Source: a virus. From it: a stretch of 64,000 nucleotides of DNA. Within the stretch, counting starts at the first letter, position 1; each line of letters opens with the position of its first letter. The stretch covers positions 3,213 to 67,212 of the IMG/VR virus record IMGVR_UViG_3300025942_000003, one strand, 5' to 3'. A model generated the notes under the pieces. That model saw nothing but the letters and a program-made list of their open reading frames with translations, made no database searches and had not been told where the DNA came from. Below, in pieces: positions 57,801-64,000 of the stretch. A program made the position numbers and the translations under genes.

Positions 57801-58405
57801 TTGATGGCGACAACAGCAGCAGCAGCAAGGGCAGTAATCGCAACTACAGCAATGCCAATCGGTAACACAATCCCTCCCGCCGCCGCTCCAACACCTTCGG
57901 TTGCTGTGGCGAGCGAGGCTAGTTCGCCAGTCGCCTGCTCAGTTGATGGAATGATCTTCGCATTGTTAGCAAGCACTTCGGCGCCGAAGAACTTAATGGC
58001 GGCAGCATCACGATTGGCCTGCCCTTCGATCTTGGCGAATTGAGTAAGGAAAGTGGTTAACTGTGGGACTGATTTGCCGGTAGTTGATGCGAGGTTTGAG
58101 ATCGACGCCGCAGCCTTATTAATCGCGGCTTCTTGCTTACCAGCCTCTTTGCCCAACCCGCCGATGTTCTCTGTGACACGCAAGAATGCCCCGCCGACTA
58201 AGGGGAGGCGCTGAGAAACAAATACATTCAGGTTATCGCCAATCTGACTAAATACTTTATTCGTTGATGAAACTGTCTGTGAAAGTTCGGGTCCGAGAGA
58301 TTGGCGCAATTGGGCCACTGCCGCGCGCGTCTCAGCTACCGCCGCCTTACCACCAGACGAGTCGCCGCGAATGCGAAGCAGTAATGAGTTCTCTGACTGC
58401 GACAT
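54848..58405 (-). CDS. Tape measure protein
   Basis: ~1185 aa helical; LLLRIRGDSS, LAQQTGV, AAELFG, long coiled coil. Confidence 0.92.
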   Translation of the reverse strand: MSQSENSLLLRIRGDSSGGKAAVAETRAAVAQLRQSLGPELSQTVSSTNKVFSQIGDNLNVFVSQRLPLVGGAFLRVTENIGGLGKEAGKQEAAINKAAASISNLASTTGKSVPQLTTFLTQFAKIEGQANRDAAAIKFFGAEVLANNAKIIPSTEQATGELASLATATEGVGAAAGGIVLPIGIAVVAITALAAAAVVAIKEIVELSKSTAEFQGRMFDLAQQTGVGVETLSALEIVAKTTGGEIGSLTQSLINFQRKLEEAQDPLSKAADLFNKYDISISDTETALRDALSALAQMPEGFTQTNAAAELFGTRGGKQMLAILKESSGDLDAVIKRARELGILISVDDARAADKFNDELAILNFQIRALGAVAVRDLIPALTDIVRSFGEVVTAARPLINIFNTIAGPTARAFASSMRGLSLIVLGLTGDFKGLVRQIKEMEALKNIPAISIPQLAPVPLPGAPSREEIEAEATRTAEAVVAAARRAAAKTNQALDELFQQGRINREKQSEQLIADNKKVLDAERSRIDAILAQRETEIKGLNRADTQFEDNFRKLSDQISKLQQERLDKENEFDVASAALRAKAAKERADSIRNQRGNETDLLVNEFDRQIKVIEASIARGATVESEGLTIIEALERAKIDARREGLEEQKRIGFLTVTEQQDLNNRIQALNQEADRLDDEQRARRLQRERATAERIRDIKIGELETTLELERIVAERIIETTEALADRRVVTEEEAAKRILQIRLDLIDQEIEATRARLEAAKTIVDVDERVRTEAELNNRLKILAEQRKTIQAQGNEAIREGRRKDIEDERNYLNQLKEIEDRIFRIQQDTAQEVINLMRLHFVSRKAIIDAQLQLDLADAAKRHETQLELIREDQRANDTHIRILESRLKTLQAAGKETSAKYQKAVDDLAAANAKKAALHDEEGAELQRSEKEKERILREAQLAQKEATPLGRLGFDAEGLDDFARIIKDAILSPIEAVKRAFAELQDSMRAFVAETETTIRPLGEILRDTFSQFADALGQVVANWVLLGETGPAVMRKILAQALASIAAEAAVNAIKELALGFATLFFNPAESAAHFTAAGIWASIGGVAALAGRAAAGDLFKPKDSNTGANNGSRGGTGQVNPVTLSRNAGTAPQISTQRIILEVQSNDSHIVKVVGANYNSGGKLRQIIINDGGVD

Positions 58406-58442
58406 AAAGTAAAACGCGCCCTTCAACTTCGGAAGGACGCGC
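58406..58442 (-). promoter_or_regulatory. Hairpin plus U-rich leader of the TMP
   Basis: GCGCGTCCTTC-CGAAGTT-GAAGGGCGCGT, then TTTACTTT-ATG; no SD. Confidence 0.5.
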
Positions 58443-58467
58443 AAAGGCATCGCTAGTTAATTGTCAG

Positions 58468-58686
58468 CTACCAACTCTCAGGCGGTCGCGGCGGATGTAG
58501 TTGTGTGTACATTGCTACCGCCATCATCCGCAGGTGATCAATCGTCAACAAGTTTTCATGTTCGCTCGATCCGTGTTTTGACTTGAACCGTACCTGACCA
58601 TTTTCTATGTCCGCGAAGGGGCGTTTGCAGTGACTACAAATCAGGACTGAGACTTCGCCTCTGGTTTCAAGAGTGAACTTGTGCAT
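58468..58686 (-). CDS. Small Zn-finger protein, Com-like
   Basis: ICSHCKRPFA...VRFKSKHG..H.N, directly before the TMP leader hairpin. Confidence 0.45.
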   Translation of the reverse strand: MHKFTLETRGEVSVLICSHCKRPFADIENGQVRFKSKHGSSEHENLLTIDHLRMMAVAMYTQLHPPRPPESW

Positions 58687-58934
58687 TCAAAACGATCGGG
58701 CCACTTTGTTTCGGAGCCGGTTTTGTTGTTGATTCAGCGAATATGCCAGCAACCGCAGACTCAATTCGCCGCGTCTCTGTTTCCATTTCCCACTCAGTAA
58801 GAACAGCGTTGCATTCCATATCGAAGGCTAAGGCCACGCTTTCATCCAGAATGCCTATCAAGTAGGAACATCGACTACTGGACGCTTTCGCTGTTTGCGC
58901 TAACCTCAGCACTGCTTCCCTGCTCTCCAGGAAA
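58667..58934 (-). CDS. Tail assembly chaperone T part (frameshift product)
   Basis: Overlapping frame FLESREAVLRLA...ALAFDMEC...; no SD of its own. Confidence 0.6.
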
Positions 58935-59345
58935 GCCGGCGATGGCATCAATGCTCGTCTCACCGTCCTTCATCGCTACTGGGATTTCAGGACATCCCCG
59001 GCTGATATAGATGAAAAGTTCCCAAAAGTCCCCAAGGGGAACGTCATGCGGGCTTAATTGGCCTTGTTTAGGCTTCACCGACAAACGAGGTTCTGCTACG
59101 GCATCAGCTAATACAATCTCCGCGTAGTCTGTAAGCCTCTCCAGCTCATCGTCGGGCAGTTCCAAGATCGCAGCCATCTCATCATCGAGCTTTGCTTTAC
59201 CCTCTGGCCCGACAATCTTTTTTAAGATTGGGAGAAACCTCTGGGACTTGAGCGCTAGACTGGGACTTGGGCGCTGAACCATTACTTCATTCCCTGATTT
59301 ACACTCGTACTTTCTTGGAACACGCTTAGACCACTGATTTTGCAT
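58875..59345 (-). CDS. Tail assembly chaperone (G)
   Basis: Between the tail tube and TMP genes. Confidence 0.75.
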   Translation of the reverse strand: MQNQWSKRVPRKYECKSGNEVMVQRPSPSLALKSQRFLPILKKIVGPEGKAKLDDEMAAILELPDDELERLTDYAEIVLADAVAEPRLSVKPKQGQLSPHDVPLGDFWELFIYISRGCPEIPVAMKDGETSIDAIAGFPGEQGSSAEVSANSESVQ

Positions 59346-59974
59346 TACGATTGTGCTCCTGCGTTAGTAATGAAGTAGCGACCAGCTCGGTCGCCCGCTG
59401 CGCGCGTACCGATTCCGTTGCCTTGAAACGCAAACGCTGATGCGGTCGGCTTCTTTGAGGTGAGTTGTGCCGCAAGCCCGGCATTATTGAACGCCTTGTA
59501 GAGATGGAAGACCGCGAACCGTGTCGGATCGCCTTCAAGTGGGGCAATCACCGCAACTGATGTGTACGATAGGATTCCGGCTCCGCCGAAGGTCAACCCC
59601 TTGGAGCCCATTACGTCACTCCGAGTCGCGGTAGGCATGAGAATCTCGGCAAGATCCATATCGCCTACTTGCCATGCGGAGCCAGAGATTACCTTTTCCT
59701 CCGCCTGTACGCGCGAGATTACCGCTTCCTGCGACTCGTCCGGGATGAAGTTGAGGACATTCGGCTTTACTAGCCACTCAGCTCCGTCTTGAGTCCATCC
59801 GACATGTCTGGCGTTGGGGTTTTGATCTGCATCAGGAGATCCGTCGAGAGCGAGGATGAGTCGTACGTCAGGTGCCCCGTCCCACTCGCCAGACCCGCCT
59901 CCCAGATCTGCGTAGATCTTACAGGGACCAATAAGGACCGCTTCAACTACGTAATTATCGGCTGTGCCTGCCAT
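59345..59974 (-). CDS. Major tail (tube) protein
   Basis: VLIGPCKIY, HVGWTQDGA, FHLYKA; SD GAGGAG; position. Confidence 0.8.
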   Translation of the reverse strand: MAGTADNYVVEAVLIGPCKIYADLGGGSGEWDGAPDVRLILALDGSPDADQNPNARHVGWTQDGAEWLVKPNVLNFIPDESQEAVISRVQAEEKVISGSAWQVGDMDLAEILMPTATRSDVMGSKGLTFGGAGILSYTSVAVIAPLEGDPTRFAVFHLYKAFNNAGLAAQLTSKKPTASAFAFQGNGIGTRAAGDRAGRYFITNAGAQS

Positions 59975-60068
59975 TGAATAGCTCCTCTCGTGGGTGAGTC
60001 TGAGGAGGCTATCTTTCGCTGGCGAGGCTTATGAAGCGAGGCCGAGCGGCGTGCTCAGAAGGGTTTGA

Positions 60069-60236
60069 TTAAGAAATATCTTTCAACCACTGTTCCCAAG
60101 CGGCAATGATGCCCTTGACCAGTCTAATAACGCTTTCGTGCAACTTACGAGTAGCAGGATGCAAGTGCTTCGGCGGCTGATCTATCGTGGCCGCAACGGG
60201 CAAACGGATCTCGCTGTCGAATGCACTACTGCTCAT
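60069..60236 (-). CDS. Small hypothetical protein (55 aa; not in the ORF track)
   Basis: MSSSAFDSEI...LVKGIIAAWEQWLKDIS*; overlaps the upstream stop. Confidence 0.45.
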   Translation of the reverse strand: MSSSAFDSEIRLPVAATIDQPPKHLHPATRKLHESVIRLVKGIIAAWEQWLKDIS

Positions 60237-60747
60237 TGAACACAAGCGTCACTTGCATCAAGGCGTCCCGGTAATAAACTGACTCACGCTCACGGATTGC
60301 TCCGTAGACGTGCTCTGCTTCCAAAACAATGCCGAAGATTATAGCAGACATGTTTCGTTTCCAGTCAGAAGTTTTTGCACTGCGCAGAGTCGCATCGAGG
60401 GCCGCCATGTAACGCATGATTTTGCGTGTCACGTTTGGGGCGGAATCAGCAGTCACGCCGACATAAATATCGAATCTCACTGCCTGATTAAGTCGATCGC
60501 GGGCTGCCGATTCAGAAGCAGCATTGCGATTCGGGCCTATGGCAAGTGTGGGAAACACCATTCGTTGAATTTGCCCTAATGCCCGTTCCTGAAAGTCTTC
60601 CATGTAGGCCGGATCGTCGGGCGGAAGCATTGCCTCAATCGGGTTGAACTCATCTAGGATCGCTTTGAAGTCACGCTCAATGACAAAGAGAGCGTTGTCA
60701 ATTACGCCCTCTTCCTGAACTGCATAATATTTAAGGTTAGCTACCAT
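60226..60747 (-). CDS. Tail terminator-like protein
   Basis: FPTLAIGP, FDIYVGV, IMRYMAAL; position before the tail tube gene. Confidence 0.6.
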   Translation of the reverse strand: MVANLKYYAVQEEGVIDNALFVIERDFKAILDEFNPIEAMLPPDDPAYMEDFQERALGQIQRMVFPTLAIGPNRNAASESAARDRLNQAVRFDIYVGVTADSAPNVTRKIMRYMAALDATLRSAKTSDWKRNMSAIIFGIVLEAEHVYGAIRERESVYYRDALMQVTLVFNEQ

Positions 60748-61230
60748 CTATGCTGCTCGCTCCTGAACCCCAAACCCGGCACTCCGAGTAAATTCTACCA
60801 GTCGTTGCTGAATGCTTTTCACCATCCGCCGTTTGCTTTCCTCGGTTAACGAGATAATTGGGCGCGTCTTCTGATGTATAGGCGCATAAGGAAGCGCCGA
60901 GCCGATCACTAATTCATGCTCCTCAGGCCGAAGGATGGAATCAAGGGCATCCGGCCCGGTCATTGATTCGTACAATGCATCCTCACGTCGCAGGATAGTT
61001 TTGCCGGGGAACTCGCGCTCCTTGAATAGCTTGTAAGCGGGACTAAGCGGAGTCCACTTGCCTGATGCGCCACTTGCCCCTTCGGTATGGAATTGCTGAC
61101 TTTCAATATCATAAAAGGTGGTAATTACTCCCGGCCAAAAGTTGCGGAAGTCGCTGATCTCCTGATCGACGCGATTGAAAGCGCGATCGAGTTGCACAAC
61201 GCCTTGGATCTCTGCGACAAATCGTAACAT
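60748..61230 (-). CDS. Virion morphogenesis / tail-completion protein
   Basis: QFHTEG...KWTPLSP..., IGSALPYAPIHQ..RPII. Confidence 0.75.
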   Translation of the reverse strand: MLRFVAEIQGVVQLDRAFNRVDQEISDFRNFWPGVITTFYDIESQQFHTEGASGASGKWTPLSPAYKLFKEREFPGKTILRREDALYESMTGPDALDSILRPEEHELVIGSALPYAPIHQKTRPIISLTEESKRRMVKSIQQRLVEFTRSAGFGVQERAA

Positions 61231-62105
61231 TAGACGAAGGCTATTTTGCCTTTCATGCGATACTTTTTCGCGATCTCCAGCACTCGCGGAGGCAGTTTCT
61301 CACGCAATGGTTGCCCTTCAAGATTGACGAGTTTGATTGAGGCGGGATCTGTTTCTCTCCAAAGGTTGATCACTAATTCGATCACGGCTAGCTTCACGTC
61401 AGCAGGTGTCTCACGCCAGCCCCAAATCGCTGAAACGGTGACCGCGACGCCTGTGTACCAACCCCGCCATAGGCAATTATGAAATTGTGAGAACGGAGGA
61501 AGCATGCCATTGCTATTGATAACCAGTTGCCCGTTTAACTCCGTGAACGTTGGTGTAGTGTAACCCTCTGGAAGTGTGATGCTGGTATCTAGAGAACCTC
61601 CTACATAAGGAGGTAATCGCAGATAGTTAGTGCCGTCGCCGTAGAAGGTGCGCGATGTTGGAATAGGAATCGGAGCAGGGTTGAAGTAGCCTTCGGGCAC
61701 CCCGCACTCGAGATCAAACATTCGACTAGCCTGTTCGATTAGTGAATCAAGTTCAGCGGGTGTGAGAACATTGACGGTCGCGGTGCCGCCTGATCCTGCT
61801 CCGCCCTGTGCCCGCCGTCGTACTTCGATTGATGAGCAATAAGCAACGGAGCGCTGAATCCGGATCAGGATAGATCGAGTTTCTGTTTCGCCGTTACTGG
61901 CAGCAATAGTGTTAAAGACTTCGTAGGTTTCGGCCCAAGTACCGCCGGAAAGTCGAATAAGAGTTGTGGTGCTCGTTTTGTCGTCAGTGACTTTAGTAAT
62001 ACCCGCAGGAAGGGACCATGAAGAGGTAGCAATCGTGAGAGATCCGAGCCAGTCAGACCAATCGATCTGATAGTCCAATATTTCTGTTGGTTCCTTGGTA
62101 AACAC
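61230..62105 (-). CDS. Head-tail connector (gp6-like) fused to an N-terminal fibre-adaptor-like domain
   Basis: KEPTEILDYQIDWSDWL...ETRSILIRI, then YCSSIEV...LIEQASRMFD...WGWRETPADVKLA. Confidence 0.75.
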   Translation of the reverse strand: MFTKEPTEILDYQIDWSDWLGSLTIATSSWSLPAGITKVTDDKTSTTTLIRLSGGTWAETYEVFNTIAASNGETETRSILIRIQRSVAYCSSIEVRRRAQGGAGSGGTATVNVLTPAELDSLIEQASRMFDLECGVPEGYFNPAPIPIPTSRTFYGDGTNYLRLPPYVGGSLDTSITLPEGYTTPTFTELNGQLVINSNGMLPPFSQFHNCLWRGWYTGVAVTVSAIWGWRETPADVKLAVIELVINLWRETDPASIKLVNLEGQPLREKLPPRVLEIAKKYRMKGKIAFV

Positions 62106-64000
62106 TAGCTTTTCCGATCCTCGTACGCGATCTCAGTGATCCTATCTTCATGGCTAAGCGTGATTACTCGCGATCTCTCACGATCAATACGCGAGCGGTG
62201 TGGTTCGGAGCCTATCATGATTGTGCGAGTCTCGCCAAACACCTTTATAAACTCTCTGGCATGCAGATGGTAAACATTTCCTACTTCGCCTCTTGCCTCG
62301 ACGCCCGATAAAGGAAGCGTGACATCATTAGGCGTAAAGCTAATCTGCCCGATGAGTCCTGATCCCGAGTTGCCAGTTAACGCTACATCATTTGAAACAC
62401 CAGGAGTGCCAACCGCTGCCGAAGATTGGTTACCGCTCAGCGGAACTTGCAAACGCGGCACTACATTTCCATGAGTAGCAGATGCGTCAACGCCTGAGAC
62501 AGAGACAGTAGAGGCAGACAGAATAGTCCCAGGTTGCGTTATTGCCTGAACACCAAGGATTGATACTTGTCCTGACTTTGTGTAACCAAGTGATCCGGTT
62601 TGGCCGATAGCCGTGGTGCCTGAAAGCGTGATCGTGAGACGTGGCGAGATACTACTATCAACCTGCGAGGTAACTTCGGCACCGGTAAGCTCAGTCGAGC
62701 CTGACTTGGTGAAACTTAATGAGCCGACCTGACCAGAGGATTGAATACCAGAGAGCGCAGCACTACCAGGAGATGAAGCAGATACAGATCCGACAGTGCC
62801 CGCTGCCTCATTCCCTGACAAGCCAACCGTGATTGACACTGCAACGCTGCTGCCGTTTGTAGTTGCGGCTTCGCCGGTGAGTGCTAAAGAGGTACTAGAC
62901 GCAGGGGTATCAACGGCACCCGCTCCTTGTGATCCTGACAGGTCAACGGATCTATTGACCGAGACATCGCCAGCAGATGCGGCTGCGTCTACGCCAGAAG
63001 GTTCTAGTTGTCCAGATTTTGTGAAACTAAGATCACCAACATTCGCGGAAACTTCTAATCCGGTTACTGAGACATCCACACTCGGAGTTAAATTGCCAGT
63101 ATCGGTGAGAGACTCGTTGCCTGAGAGATCTACAGAACCTGATTTCGTAAAGCTGAGATCTCCAGCAGAAGTTGGGGCTTCGGCTCCACTGATAAGAATG
63201 TCCGCAGAAGGCGTGACGCTTTCAACTACGCTTGTGGCCTCTTCCCCTGATAGATCAGCCGTGCCTGTTTCGGTAAAACCAACAGAGCCGACATTACCTG
63301 TAGCGACTTCTCCCGTAATCGGGATCGCGATCTCCGGTTTGGGCGAGTTGATTGAAGTAGTGACTGAGACGCCGATGAGAGGCCGATCTATATCGCCCGT
63401 AACAAATACGGCATCCCCAACATCCGACGAGGCTTCGTTGCCGCTGAGTTCAATTGATAACGTCGGAGAGAGAGTACCCACCTCACTGGAAACTTCGGTT
63501 CCCGATAGAGAAACACTTAATGACGGAGTGAGAGAACCAATATCGGCCGACGCAGAGTTATCTGTTAGATCGACGGATGTATTCGGCGTAAGCGAGCCTA
63601 CGCTTGCTGAGGATTCAACGCCCGAGATTTCCAGCGATCCGCTCTTCGTGAAATCAAGTGAACCTACATCTGAAGTTCCAGAATTGCCAGTGAGTGCAAT
63701 TGATGAATTCGGCGAAACGCTGCCAAGATTTGTAGAGGTTTGATTCCCACTGAGAGCCACAGTGTCGTTAGGGGTGGGCGTTCCCAGACTTGCGGTTACG
63801 CCGTTTCCACTAACCGCTATTGAATTATTTGGACTGAGAGAATCAACAGATGTGGTCGCGGAGTTTGAGGTAATCGCGAAAGAATTGTTGGGCGTAAGTG
63901 TTCCGGCATTCGCAGTTGCAGAGGATCCAGAGAGCGCAAGACTGAGCCCAACAACGAGAGTGCCTATCGCAGATGTGGCCGATACGCCAGAGAGCGCGAT
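62105..64000 (-). CDS. Ser/Thr/Gly-rich repeat fibre protein (5' end outside the window)
   Basis: Frame open to 64000; ~20-aa repeats [IV]xLSGxxxxxxVGxLxP, with 22-aa FTKSG variants. Confidence 0.8.
   Translation of the reverse strand: MALSGVSATSAIGTLVVGLSLALSGSSATANAGTLTPNNSFAITSNSATTSVDSLSPNNSIAVSGNGVTASLGTPTPNDTVALSGNQTSTNLGSVSPNSSIALTGNSGTSDVGSLDFTKSGSLEISGVESSASVGSLTPNTSVDLTDNSASADIGSLTPSLSVSLSGTEVSSEVGTLSPTLSIELSGNEASSDVGDAVFVTGDIDRPLIGVSVTTSINSPKPEIAIPITGEVATGNVGSVGFTETGTADLSGEEATSVVESVTPSADILISGAEAPTSAGDLSFTKSGSVDLSGNESLTDTGNLTPSVDVSVTGLEVSANVGDLSFTKSGQLEPSGVDAAASAGDVSVNRSVDLSGSQGAGAVDTPASSTSLALTGEAATTNGSSVAVSITVGLSGNEAAGTVGSVSASSPGSAALSGIQSSGQVGSLSFTKSGSTELTGAEVTSQVDSSISPRLTITLSGTTAIGQTGSLGYTKSGQVSILGVQAITQPGTILSASTVSVSGVDASATHGNVVPRLQVPLSGNQSSAAVGTPGVSNDVALTGNSGSGLIGQISFTPNDVTLPLSGVEARGEVGNVYHLHAREFIKVFGETRTIMIGSEPHRSRIDRERSRVITLSHEDRITEIAYEDRKS

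Noticed and set aside
62796-63743. 315-aa plus-strand ORF and other long antisense ORFs (e.g. 28265..28924, 56928..57518)
   Set aside because: Mirror frames of repetitive or biased minus-strand genes, with no SD or motifs.
1-64000. tRNA genes, reverse transcriptase/DGR, retron, integrase
   Set aside because: No cloverleaf with a T-loop, no YxDD RT, no TR/VR pair and no recombinase motif found by eye; tRNAscan and HMM searches would be needed to exclude them formally.

Overview
The window is most of a tailed dsDNA phage genome (HK97-fold head, long non-contractile tail), and it looks circularly permuted: the head operon runs off the left end and continues at the right end into the neck and tail genes. 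Almost all genes are on the minus strand. A short plus-strand block at 46.2-49.1 kb is transcribed from a divergent promoter. Modules: head and packaging (TerS, TerL, portal, gpF-like protein, protease, MCP) with a glycan cluster embedded in it (GT25-like, GT-A-like, FkbM-like methyltransferase, GDP-fucose synthase, GT11, GT4); a lysis-position block with no recognisable endolysin; DNA modification (two C5-MTase loci, an SNF2 helicase-N4/N6 MTase fusion); Fic, RuvC-like, ERF and YqaJ genes; and tail genes. No integrase, ParA/ParB or clear replication initiator is visible. The main leads are: (1) a ~0.85 kb densely base-paired non-coding region at the initiator position, with its own promoter, a possible antisense promoter and origin-like repeats; (2) a chromosomal-type parS site, which together with (1) suggests a non-integrating prophage using an RNA-controlled origin and host ParB; (3) a C5-MTase gene containing a second, nested reading frame with ~6 TRD-like repeats and motif IX; (4) a possible virion fucosylation system; and (5) ATT/ATC start codons. 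A secreted Ca-binding-type gene hints at an Acidobacteriota host (inference). All calls come from reading motifs by eye; no searches were run.
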